This document shows, piece by piece, positions 9,133 to 17,675 of a DNA stretch of 61,092 nt. The DNA is taken from NCBI GenBank assembly GCA_027451585.1, contig DAIDIZ010000044.1:1-61092 (forward strand), written 5' to 3'. The translations under genes and the position numbers were made by a program. Under the pieces are notes generated by a model. It saw only the letters and a program-made list of their open reading frames with translations. It was not told the origin of the DNA and searched no databases. This DNA comes from Chlamydiota bacterium. Lineage in GTDB: Bacteria > Chlamydiota > Chlamydiia > Chlamydiales > SM23-39. Within the stretch, counting starts at the first letter, position 1. Each line of letters starts with the position of its first letter.

Positions 9133-9642
9133 ATGAAAATGCTCCTCACCTCTCAGCAACTCGTCCAATTTAAACAAAACGGTCATCTCCGGCTCCATGA
9201 CTTCCCTTTAGATTTTGACAAAATCAAACAAGATCCCGGGCGCGACTTCTGGAGAAAATCACCCGCCTTAAAAAAATGGATCTCCCACACCCTCGGCCCG
9301 ATTGCTCTCGAGTTGACTCGGAAATCGGTTCTACGGCTCGCTTGCGATCAATGGATCGATCGCCCTGTTTCCCAAGGAACAATCAAAGATCTTTTTTGTT
9401 TTCAGGGCATTGCCGCCCTATTTTGCTTCTCTTTGCAACAAGGAGAAGTGATCCTCGATATATTTGACTCTTCGTCTCTCTCCTCTCTTTTGCCTATCCC
9501 TTGTTACGTGGTCGTTTTCGGAAATGAGAAAACGGTTTTAATCGAAAACAAACAAGATCCATTTACCCTCACAACGAGAAATCTGGGTTATGTCTACGGA
9601 GATTGCCTCGTCAATCCGTTCCATCCGCTCATTACGAGTTGA
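9133..9642 (+). CDS. hypothetical protein, possible CT296/DcrA-like (2OG-oxygenase-like fold) by position next to rnc
   Basis: The N-terminus LTSQQLVQFKQNGHLRL resembles PhyH-type starts. It sits divergent from rnc, as I recall for CT296. The function call is weak. Confidence 0.4.
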   Translation: MKMLLTSQQLVQFKQNGHLRLHDFPLDFDKIKQDPGRDFWRKSPALKKWISHTLGPIALELTRKSVLRLACDQWIDRPVSQGTIKDLFCFQGIAALFCFSLQQGEVILDIFDSSSLSSLLPIPCYVVVFGNEKTVLIENKQDPFTLTTRNLGYVYGDCLVNPFHPLITS

Positions 9643-9742
9643 TTGAAAATCGCAATTCACCGACACTCTATTAACCTGAGTTTTTGCTCGTAAGAGACAG
9701 CAAAACTCAACACTCAGATTATTAAAAAACAGGGGATCTTCA

Positions 9743-10642
9743 GTGAAATATTGGATTCGGTCATCTCTTTTCTTCTTATGCGGTATTCTTGGTACTTTAA
9801 CCTTCGAAAAAACCACAAGACAGATCAAACGATCCAAGGCAAAAAAGTCTTCGCAAATCGTCGGCATGAAAATACCTCCAAAGCTCCGTCTGGATAAAAT
9901 CCATGGCCCGCATGCAAATGAGATCTGCGATCAGATCTTAGACTTCCCAATGAGTTCCTACCAATTGTTCCGCATTCCGGAGGGCTACTTTTATTTGGAT
10001 GACGTAGACGATATCATTAAAAACCCACTAAAAAAGGGAAACTCTTGGGAGCCCCACATCCAGAAGCTGATTTCCCTTTATGCACAACCTGATTCAACAG
10101 TTCTCGACATCGGCGCCCATATCGGAACCCATACTCTATCAATGTCCCATTCTGTGGGGCCTAAGGGACGTGTCCTCGCTTTTGAACCACAACCCAAAAC
10201 ATTTAGGGAGCTGTTTCTGAATATGACGATCAATGGTGCAGACAATGTCTCTTTTTATTGGGCAGGAGTTGGAGACAAAGATGGAACAATCTGTTTAAAT
10301 CCTCTCAGTCGAGGCAATGAAGGGGGAACCGGATTAGGCGGCTCTCAAGGACCTACGGTTGATTTACTCCGCATTGATTCTCTGGATCTGTCTAATGTCT
10401 CTCTCATGAAAATCGATGTAGAAGGGATGGAAGAAAAGGTATTGGATGGGGCAAAAAGCACCATTGTTTCCAATCGCCCGGTTATTTTAATCGAAATCTT
10501 AGGAGGCAACGATTTCAACACCGCTTCAAGAGAGATCCGGCACCGGATTTTACATGTGGTAGAAAAACTGGAAGATATGAACTACAAAGTCAATCGCATT
10601 GATTGTCATGATTGGATCGCTATTCCTTTGGAAAAAATTTGA
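9743..10642 (+). CDS. FkbM-family SAM-dependent methyltransferase with N-terminal membrane anchor
   Basis: Contains VLDIGAHIGTHT (SAM motif I), VLAFEPQP and LMKIDVEGMEEKVL. The N-terminus SSLFFLCGILGTLTF is hydrophobic. GTG start. Confidence 0.8.
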   Translation: MKYWIRSSLFFLCGILGTLTFEKTTRQIKRSKAKKSSQIVGMKIPPKLRLDKIHGPHANEICDQILDFPMSSYQLFRIPEGYFYLDDVDDIIKNPLKKGNSWEPHIQKLISLYAQPDSTVLDIGAHIGTHTLSMSHSVGPKGRVLAFEPQPKTFRELFLNMTINGADNVSFYWAGVGDKDGTICLNPLSRGNEGGTGLGGSQGPTVDLLRIDSLDLSNVSLMKIDVEGMEEKVLDGAKSTIVSNRPVILIEILGGNDFNTASREIRHRILHVVEKLEDMNYKVNRIDCHDWIAIPLEKI

Positions 10643-11874
10643 TCGACGACTCTCAGTGCTGAGCGGATGCAGCAGTTCACAGACACTCCGTCAAGATAGT
10701 TGCCGGCAAGCAAAAGTCTCGGATATTCTTTGTGCAGCCGCGTTTGCATCGCGCTCAGCCTTTTTTCGTAACCCACTTCAAATTGGGGGATCTGTTTCTC
10801 TTGGAAAGTAGTATGGATGGAAAGAGGCGTCTCCTTTACTCCCAAATGACGAGAAAGAGTCGATAGAGCTTGTCTCTCAGCCCAAGCGGCATCTCCTTGG
10901 TTGCGGATCATCGCCGTCAGGATAAAGGGGCCCTGTTCATTTGGGAAAATGGAGCTGTCCCACACCATGCCAAGCAAGACCTCTTTCTGATCGCTCGGAG
11001 CGAGATATCCAAATCCCTTGTTAGGAAGGATCTCTTTTGAGAAAAGAAGGTTCACCACCCAAATCGATTGGGCGGGGAAGTTTTCCCAGGTCGAAGTAAG
11101 CCTTCCCATTACAGGACCGGGCAGGGCCGAAATCGTCCAATCAGCAGGGCTTAAAAGACCATCGATTATGGGCCCTTCCGGTGTGATGGCTGTCACAGGG
11201 CTATTGAGACGCACATCGATCTGCAACTTCGTGTGCAAAGCATCAATGAGCGATGATAGACCTCTTCTCAAGGTAAAGAGACGATGGTCTTTTTTTCTTC
11301 CGGCCAACAGAGTCGCAAGAAGACTTTTCCCTTCTTTTTCGGCCTTGTATAAAAAAGGGAAGGTACTCTTGAGTGAAAGGCGCCGGATATCGCCAGCAAA
11401 AATGCCAAGCGTGATCGGGTCAAAAAAGGTGGTCGCTACCTTCTCACTCAACCGTCTTGTACAGAAATCATAGATTGACTCGTCTTCAGGAGGTCGGCGG
11501 GGAATAAAAACCTCCCGAAGAAGGGGCCAAATGGCCACCGGCAAAAAAGAACCAACGCTTTTTAAAGAACCCTCTTTCCAGAGATATCTTTTCGCACTCG
11601 CCTCTGAAGAAAAGAGGATTTCAGAAGAGAGATCAAGTTCTTCAAGAAGAGCTAAAAGCGCAGACGATCTCGAAACAGCAAAGGTTCTGGGCCCCGTTTC
11701 AAAATGGACACCTCGATCAGTCACAGTCTCCATCACGCCCCCCAAACGATCCGTTTTCTCAAACAGGGTAATAACCGCTTCTGGATAAGCTTTCTGTATA
11801 TACCAAGCAGTCGTAAGTCCAGAAATTCCGCCCCCTAAAACCGCAATGCGCTTAAGAACTTGATTAGGGTTCAT
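10606..11874 (-). CDS. hemY: FAD-dependent protoporphyrinogen/coproporphyrinogen III oxidase (HemY/HemG-type)
   Basis: Has the dinucleotide fold IAVLGGGISGLTTAWY and a heme-gene context. The ATG at 11874 overlaps the upstream stop (ATGA). Confidence 0.85.
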   Translation of the reverse strand: MNPNQVLKRIAVLGGGISGLTTAWYIQKAYPEAVITLFEKTDRLGGVMETVTDRGVHFETGPRTFAVSRSSALLALLEELDLSSEILFSSEASAKRYLWKEGSLKSVGSFLPVAIWPLLREVFIPRRPPEDESIYDFCTRRLSEKVATTFFDPITLGIFAGDIRRLSLKSTFPFLYKAEKEGKSLLATLLAGRKKDHRLFTLRRGLSSLIDALHTKLQIDVRLNSPVTAITPEGPIIDGLLSPADWTISALPGPVMGRLTSTWENFPAQSIWVVNLLFSKEILPNKGFGYLAPSDQKEVLLGMVWDSSIFPNEQGPFILTAMIRNQGDAAWAERQALSTLSRHLGVKETPLSIHTTFQEKQIPQFEVGYEKRLSAMQTRLHKEYPRLLLAGNYLDGVSVNCCIRSALRVVDQIFSKGIAIQS

Positions 11875-12338
11875 GCCATCACACACATTCTTTTTTTCGG
11901 CGGTCCAGAAGACTCACTCCCTTCGGGCAAGTCGGATGGATTGGATAAGTCTTCTATTTTAATCCTCGTCGGCCTGCATCTTTCCCCTTTTCCTCGCCCT
12001 GAAAAAGGAATTCTGTTGTAATAGTTAGGATTCATTTCTTTATAAAAAGCAACAAGTCCGTTAATGGCCTCTAAACGAATCTTTTTTCTTTCGGAAAATT
12101 CAGTTTCAATCAAAATCATCCAGACCTTTTCATTAGGCAAAAGAGGCATTTGAGACGGAAAGCGGGGTTTGCTTCCCAGCGACGGCGGCTCATTTGCCAA
12201 GCAGGGCTCAAGGCAGGTTAAATAGGCCCAAAAAAAAGATTGGTAAAGGCGTGCTCTCTCGCACTCTTCGTCTAGCTCTATCAGAGGTCTTTCCTCAGAC
12301 AGATTTTGCCAAAAAAGCCACGAGCGACATACGGTCAT
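11871..12338 (-). CDS. hypothetical protein (155 aa) inside the heme operon
   Basis: Tightly packed: it starts 3 nt after the permease stop and overlaps the hemY start (ATGA). No motif. Confidence 0.5.
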   Translation of the reverse strand: MTVCRSWLFWQNLSEERPLIELDEECERARLYQSFFWAYLTCLEPCLANEPPSLGSKPRFPSQMPLLPNEKVWMILIETEFSERKKIRLEAINGLVAFYKEMNPNYYNRIPFSGRGKGERCRPTRIKIEDLSNPSDLPEGSESSGPPKKRMCVMA

Positions 12339-12341
12339 GGA

Positions 12342-13541
12342 TCACCCCGTGAACATGGAAGACAAGCGGTACGTCAACACAGCAAGAGAAAAGAGGAAAA
12401 CAGCCCCCAAAAGGACTTTCCCTCCACCTACTTGGTAATCGCCCACCTTCTTTTTATGGTACCTGCCTACCCACACAATCAAAACAGGCAAAATCCCAAA
12501 CAAAATCGCGTCAATAAATCCCCCCGCAAATCCGAGGGCCGAAAGGAAAAGATGGGGGCGAAGAAGGGTGAAAATCGTTGGAGGGATGAGAACCAAAGGG
12601 TAGATCATCGGATCGTATTGCCATCGGGGAAAACGGCTCAACCCATCTTTGAAAAAATCGACAAAGGCCAGAGTACAGGCGATGAACGGGGTCATCAGAG
12701 CAAAAAAGGAAAAGCTACTGGCAAAAAAGAGGACAGAAGAAGACTCTGATGCCTTCGCGAGCAATCCTGTCACTAAAGCTCCCTGATCCACCTCGTGGGC
12801 AAAAAGTCTCGATTGATCAGGCAAAATCCCTAAAATGGCAAAGTTCCAAATCACATAAATGAGAAACGGAATCGCTGTCCCAACAAAAATGGCTCGCCGG
12901 ATGGCGTTCACGTTCTTTTTGAGTTGGTAGATGATCGTTGGAACGAGATTCTGATACCCAAAGCAAATGAACAGAATCGGAATCGTCGAGGCAGCAGCCG
13001 TCCAATTTTTGTGGAGAAGAGCGCTCCCCTCAATGTGAGGCAAGGCCAGGGAAACAAGAGCCCCGTACGATAGGGCAAGGCCAAAGAGAAAAATCCTCGT
13101 CACATAGGCAATCGCTTGCGTGCCAGTGTAGACTATCACCCCCACAACCACCACAAACACCAAAATCCCCACTTCTCGGCTCACTTGCCCTCTAAAAAAA
13201 GAAGAGAAAATCTCCGAAAAAATCTGTCCGCCCCCATCAATGTAGGCGACAAAAAGACAGTAAAAGAGAAAAAGGAAAAAACTCCACGCTACCCACTTCC
13301 CCCACTTGCCCAAAGCAAATTGGGCCATCGAAAGAAGGTGCACCTTCTTATCAAACCAAAGAGCGGCTTCAACGAGCAAAAGACCTGTTGTCGTTGCAAA
13401 AAAATAGGCGAGAACCATCGCAACTAAAGATGGAATAAATCCCGAAACAGCACTCACTACAGGCAGGCCAATCATCCCTGCCCCAATACAACACCCTGCA
13501 ATCAACAAGGCGGCTCCCCACCCTTTTTCTTCTCGACTCAT
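12342..13541 (-). CDS. aromatic amino acid (Tyr/Trp) permease, TyrP/Mtr family
   Basis: About 11 TM helices. The N-terminus GAALLIAGCCIGAGMIGLPV is typical of the Trp_Tyr_perm family. Confidence 0.75.
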   Translation of the reverse strand: MSREEKGWGAALLIAGCCIGAGMIGLPVVSAVSGFIPSLVAMVLAYFFATTTGLLLVEAALWFDKKVHLLSMAQFALGKWGKWVAWSFFLFLFYCLFVAYIDGGGQIFSEIFSSFFRGQVSREVGILVFVVVVGVIVYTGTQAIAYVTRIFLFGLALSYGALVSLALPHIEGSALLHKNWTAAASTIPILFICFGYQNLVPTIIYQLKKNVNAIRRAIFVGTAIPFLIYVIWNFAILGILPDQSRLFAHEVDQGALVTGLLAKASESSSVLFFASSFSFFALMTPFIACTLAFVDFFKDGLSRFPRWQYDPMIYPLVLIPPTIFTLLRPHLFLSALGFAGGFIDAILFGILPVLIVWVGRYHKKKVGDYQVGGGKVLLGAVFLFSLAVLTYRLSSMFTG

Positions 13542-14923
13542 ATCGCCTTTGAATAGTTTCCTGTTTTGTACTCGTCAAAAACGGAAGCGATCACTCGGAT
13601 CATCAATCGACCCATTGCCGTAGCCACTAGCCGGTCTTCAAAATCCTCAATCAACCCTTCCTGAACAAGACGCATAATCTCTTCTCGACTAGCACTAAAA
13701 TATTGATTAAAAGGAACTTGTGTTAACACAAAAAACTCTCTCTTATCAATTTCAAAGTGACACATCAGTTTTTGAATCACATCTCTCACAATCCGATCTT
13801 TCTCTTTGAGCACATACCCGCGGGAAGCAGGAAGAGCTCCTCGATCTAAAGAGGCCTCGTATTCCGCCATTGTTTTGGCATTTTGGACATAGGTCCCTTC
13901 GACGCAACCGATCGAGGTAATGCCAAGTCCGATCAAATCGGATGATAAGCATACCGAATAGCCTTGAAAATTGCGCATGATTTTTTTCTCTCGATAAGCA
14001 ATTGATAGAGAATCTTCGGGAAGAGAAAAATGATCCATGCCGATCGGTTGATATCCACTCTGCATCCAGATGGCACGTGCATCGGTATAAATGGTGAATT
14101 TTTCCTGATCACTTGGAAGGAGTTCCTCAGAGATCGCCAGCTGATGTTTTTTTAACCAGGGAACCTTCGCGTAGGAGAAAAAGGCAATTCGATCGGGGCG
14201 CAGTTCCGCGATCTTTTGAGCCGTGTTAAGAAAACTCGCTCTTGTTTGGCAAGGCAATCCATAGATTAGATCGAGGTTGATCCCCTGAAACCCAATCTCC
14301 CGAGCCAATCGAAAAGTGGTGAAAGTCATTTCTTCTGTTTGGCGTCGCTTTACCGCTTCTTGAACTTTTGCATCGAGATCTTGGACTCCGAAACTGACCC
14401 GATTGAATCCCAGGGCTTTTAGATGGCGCAATTTCCTGCCCCGATCAGCAAAGACAGTGCGAGGATCGATCTCAATTGAAATTTCGGCTCCCTCATTCCA
14501 AAAAAAGCGGCGTTGCAGCAGATCAACGAGCTCATCGAACTCTTCCTCCGATAAAGAGGTCGGAGTCCCTCCCCCGATATGGAGTTGCGTCACCTCCCGT
14601 TTTTGGGAAAAGGGGAGTAACGAAATTTCTTTGTAGAGATAAGAGAGATAGCGACTTTGCCTTTCAGGATTCCGATTCAAGATGACCGAGCAACCGCAAA
14701 AAAGGCACATGCTCCGGCAAAATGGAATATGGAGATAAAGAGAAAGAGGTTTAGCCGTTTGATCAAACTCTTTTAATTTCTCGATGTAGGTCTCCTCTTT
14801 CATCGAAGAAAACTGAGGAGCCGTAGGATAGCTTGTGTAACGGGGCACTGAAAGGTTCCATTTCGTTAAAAAAGAGGGATCGACGTGGATGAGGTCTTCA
14901 TCCCGTTGGGTAAGTGATGCCAT
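13538..14923 (-). CDS. hemN: oxygen-independent coproporphyrinogen III oxidase (radical SAM)
   Basis: Has the radical-SAM motif HIPFCRSMCLFCGC, GGGTPT and a HemN C-terminal domain. ATG at 14923. The track offers a TTG at 14959. Confidence 0.9.
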   Translation of the reverse strand: MASLTQRDEDLIHVDPSFLTKWNLSVPRYTSYPTAPQFSSMKEETYIEKLKEFDQTAKPLSLYLHIPFCRSMCLFCGCSVILNRNPERQSRYLSYLYKEISLLPFSQKREVTQLHIGGGTPTSLSEEEFDELVDLLQRRFFWNEGAEISIEIDPRTVFADRGRKLRHLKALGFNRVSFGVQDLDAKVQEAVKRRQTEEMTFTTFRLAREIGFQGINLDLIYGLPCQTRASFLNTAQKIAELRPDRIAFFSYAKVPWLKKHQLAISEELLPSDQEKFTIYTDARAIWMQSGYQPIGMDHFSLPEDSLSIAYREKKIMRNFQGYSVCLSSDLIGLGITSIGCVEGTYVQNAKTMAEYEASLDRGALPASRGYVLKEKDRIVRDVIQKLMCHFEIDKREFFVLTQVPFNQYFSASREEIMRLVQEGLIEDFEDRLVATAMGRLMIRVIASVFDEYKTGNYSKAI

Positions 14924-15674
14924 AGACTTGCTCCGGTGAAACGATGATGTAATAGACAAAGGGGGTCACCTGATTTTTCACAGGGAGATTTTTTTGATAC
15001 GTGACCAAGAGAAGAGTCCCATTGGGAGCTTGTGAAAGAGAGATATTGATCACATTGGGGATGAATCCATTCTGGATGGTTCCCCCATCGTTAAATGTCC
15101 CTTTGAGAGTCGTTTGAAGTCCTACGGTTGGGTTAGGGGGCGCTTTTGCATAAGGAATTCCATTCAACAAAGTAAAAGCGTTTTGGATGTCTTGCGCCCT
15201 TTGTTTCATATCGACCGAAAAGAGAGGCAAAACGCCAGGAAGAGCGGTCGTAGAGAAATTGGCATTCGGAGGGATAGGCTCATTATACGAATAGACCAGT
15301 TCCGTTACTTGTTCCACAGGAATCACCACGTAAAAAGGGCGTGTTGGATGTCTTGTCACCCCATTGGGATAGTACGTGACAAACAGCAGGGTCGATTCGG
15401 TCCCACCGATCGCTGTCACGGGGACGATGCTGAGCACATTGACCAAAAGGCCGTTTCTCGTCGTTTGCAAAGCGATCTGTGAAAGGCCTCCGTTGTAGTA
15501 GACCGAAGAGGGGGCTGTCATTGCAGTAAACATACTGACAAGATCAGAAACTCGACCAGTGGGAGAGATCGAGTAAACCGTGAGAGTCCCATTGGAAGCG
15601 GAGGTAATGACAGAGCCAGCTGACTGCCCAAACAGAGAAGAGAGGCAAAAGAAAACGACAAGAAGATTTTTCAT
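14898..15674 (-). CDS. secreted hypothetical protein with internal domain duplication
   Basis: Signal peptide MKNLLVVFFCLSSLFGQSAGS. The two halves share LQTT...LL(F/L)VTY...PF(Y)V(V/Y)I...(V/P)EQV. Confidence 0.6.
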   Translation of the reverse strand: MKNLLVVFFCLSSLFGQSAGSVITSASNGTLTVYSISPTGRVSDLVSMFTAMTAPSSVYYNGGLSQIALQTTRNGLLVNVLSIVPVTAIGGTESTLLFVTYYPNGVTRHPTRPFYVVIPVEQVTELVYSYNEPIPPNANFSTTALPGVLPLFSVDMKQRAQDIQNAFTLLNGIPYAKAPPNPTVGLQTTLKGTFNDGGTIQNGFIPNVINISLSQAPNGTLLLVTYQKNLPVKNQVTPFVYYIIVSPEQVYGITYPTG

Positions 15675-15675
15675 T

Positions 15676-17544
15676 TCACAGATTGATACCAAGAACAGAA
15701 TTCTCTGTCAAAGACCAGTCAGGCACATGAGAGCGGAACCAATATTCGAGCGACATCAAAGCAAAAAGACGTCCCGCATCAGATTTCTTCTTCTCTCTTA
15801 CGAAGCGACGAAGAGCGGAAGGGCGCAAAAGGTTCCGATCTAGAAGCCCCCCTTCGAGAAGCGCTTCTTCCACCTTACGAGATAAGGGTCCCTGCATCCA
15901 CTCGCCGAGCGGCATCACAAAGCCTCTCTTAGGCCTCTCGATGATTGCTGAAGGCAAATATCCCTTTCGAGCGACCTGCCTTAAAAAAAACTTCCCCTGC
16001 GCAGCGGCCAACTTGCAATCGACAGGGAGGCGAGCTACAAATGAGACGAGCTGATGATCCAGATAAGGGACCCTTGCCTCAATGGAATGGGCCATAGTCG
16101 CACGATCTACTTTTGTCAATAAATCATCAGAAAGCCAAAGACGCGTATCGATATGGAGCATTTTATCGAGATAGCTTTTCCCATCACATTCCTTGAAATA
16201 CTGCTCAGCGATCTCTTCTAAAGAATGAGTTTGAGCCATTAAAAACGGCCGTTTGAATAAAGAAGAGAACATTTCCCGGTCAAACAGAGACGGAATGGTT
16301 GCGTACCTACGCGAAAGAGGGCGAGCAAGTGCTTTGCAAAGCCTACTTTTGCGTAATTTAGAAGGGAAAAAAGGGTAGAGAAAAGAAGGAAAAAAGGAGT
16401 GCCATTGGGCCAAGAACTGGGCCTCTTTCATCCTTTTCAGATAATTGCCATACCCAGCTAAAATCTCGTCCGCCCCCTCGCCAGTTAACACCACCGAGAC
16501 AGATTTCTTTGTGAGCTGAGAAAGAACAAGAGTGGGCAAAATCGCCTGATCTCCGAGAGGTTCATCAAAGGAATGATCAAAAGCGTTCATAAAATCTTCT
16601 GGCTGCACAACGAAAGAATGGAGAGGGACGCCCAACCTCTCAGCAACTAATGCAGCATAGTGCTGCTCTCCGTGAGTTCCCTCCAATGCGATCGAAAACA
16701 ACGAAAGATTTCTAGCCCCTTCTTGCTGCATCAGAGAGGCAATTAACGATGAATCAATACCCCCACTTACAAAGGCTCCAACAGGGACATCGGCAACCAA
16801 CATCGATCGAATCGATCTGCGCAACTCACTTTCGAACAAGAAAAGCATCCCATCTCGATCACATTCCCATTTTGGCTCATAGGAAGGAGTCCAATAACAT
16901 CTCTTCGAGATACTCCCTGCCTTGACAACGAGCATGTGAGCGGGAGGAAGTTTCTCTATTTTTTGAAAGATCGTGTAAGGAGAGGGGATATATTGACATT
17001 CCAAATAGAGACCTATCGCATTCGGAGCAATCTCGCGAGGAACTACTGGATGGAGTAAAAGAGCCTTTATTTCGGAAGCAAAGACGATCCTTTGCTCATC
17101 ATGATAGAAATACAAAGGCTTCACACCCAGATGATCACGCGCTAAAAGAAGAATTTCCTCTTTTGCATCCCAAAAAACAAAAGAGAACATTCCCGAAAGT
17201 TTGGATAAACCAGATTCTCCCCAGGTGATCAAGGAGGCGAAAAGAACCTCCGTATCGCCGGATGTGGTGAACCGATAGCCCAAAGCTTCGAGTTCAAAGC
17301 GGAGCTCTTGGAAATTGTAAATCTCTCCATTGAAGGCAAGAACATAGCGCCCATCTGAGCTCACCATCGGCTGGGAGCTCCCCGCCAAATCGATGATTTT
17401 CAACCGGCGATGTCCGACCCCAAAGGGACCTTTTGCATAAAAACCGAACGCGTCGGGTCCTCGATGAACAAGAGAATGAGTCATCGCTTCGAGCACAGCT
17501 TGATCGCTTGGAAATCCATCAAACCAACCCGCAAATCCACACAC
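15676..17544 (-). CDS. asnB: asparagine synthase (glutamine-hydrolysing)
   Basis: Has an Ntn amidotransferase N-terminus (CGFAGWF), HRGPD, and the PP-loop SGGIDSS. A GTG start at 17544 puts Cys at position 2. The track ATG at 17577 would add 11 residues. Confidence 0.9.
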   Translation of the reverse strand: MCGFAGWFDGFPSDQAVLEAMTHSLVHRGPDAFGFYAKGPFGVGHRRLKIIDLAGSSQPMVSSDGRYVLAFNGEIYNFQELRFELEALGYRFTTSGDTEVLFASLITWGESGLSKLSGMFSFVFWDAKEEILLLARDHLGVKPLYFYHDEQRIVFASEIKALLLHPVVPREIAPNAIGLYLECQYIPSPYTIFQKIEKLPPAHMLVVKAGSISKRCYWTPSYEPKWECDRDGMLFLFESELRRSIRSMLVADVPVGAFVSGGIDSSLIASLMQQEGARNLSLFSIALEGTHGEQHYAALVAERLGVPLHSFVVQPEDFMNAFDHSFDEPLGDQAILPTLVLSQLTKKSVSVVLTGEGADEILAGYGNYLKRMKEAQFLAQWHSFFPSFLYPFFPSKLRKSRLCKALARPLSRRYATIPSLFDREMFSSLFKRPFLMAQTHSLEEIAEQYFKECDGKSYLDKMLHIDTRLWLSDDLLTKVDRATMAHSIEARVPYLDHQLVSFVARLPVDCKLAAAQGKFFLRQVARKGYLPSAIIERPKRGFVMPLGEWMQGPLSRKVEEALLEGGLLDRNLLRPSALRRFVREKKKSDAGRLFALMSLEYWFRSHVPDWSLTENSVLGINL

Positions 17545-17592
17545 AGCTCTGCCCCCAAAACAGAGAGACGATACCATATTGAGAAAAAGAAA

Positions 17593-17616
17593 CCAATCGC
17601 AGTATACTGCGATTGG
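17593..17616. repeat. perfect 24-bp palindrome in divergent intergenic region
   Basis: CCAATCGCAGTATACTGCGATTGG equals its own reverse complement. It lies between asnB (-) and the kinase-like gene (+). Confidence 0.9.
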
Positions 17617-17675
17617 GTTGTACCCTTTATCAATTTTTGTAAGCCACTCTAAGCCACGTGCGATACATTCTATCT

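Noticed and set aside
9676-9710. Imperfect hairpin TGAGTTTTTGCT...AGCAAAACTCA after the 9133-9642 ORF, as a terminator.
   Set aside because: The stem has a bulge and no U-tract follows. The support is too weak to annotate.
12306-12749. 147-aa K/R/E-rich plus-strand ORF.
   Set aside because: It is antisense to the well-supported 11-TM permease gene. Its extreme basic low-complexity composition is typical of the reverse frame of a hydrophobic gene.
15655-15665. My hand count of the printed sequence near 15660 disagreed by one base with the frames implied by the ORF track (an apparent extra A).
   Set aside because: This is most likely my own reading or counting error in an A-run. The track translations of three ORFs crossing the site are mutually consistent, so I kept the track coordinates and do not claim a frameshift.
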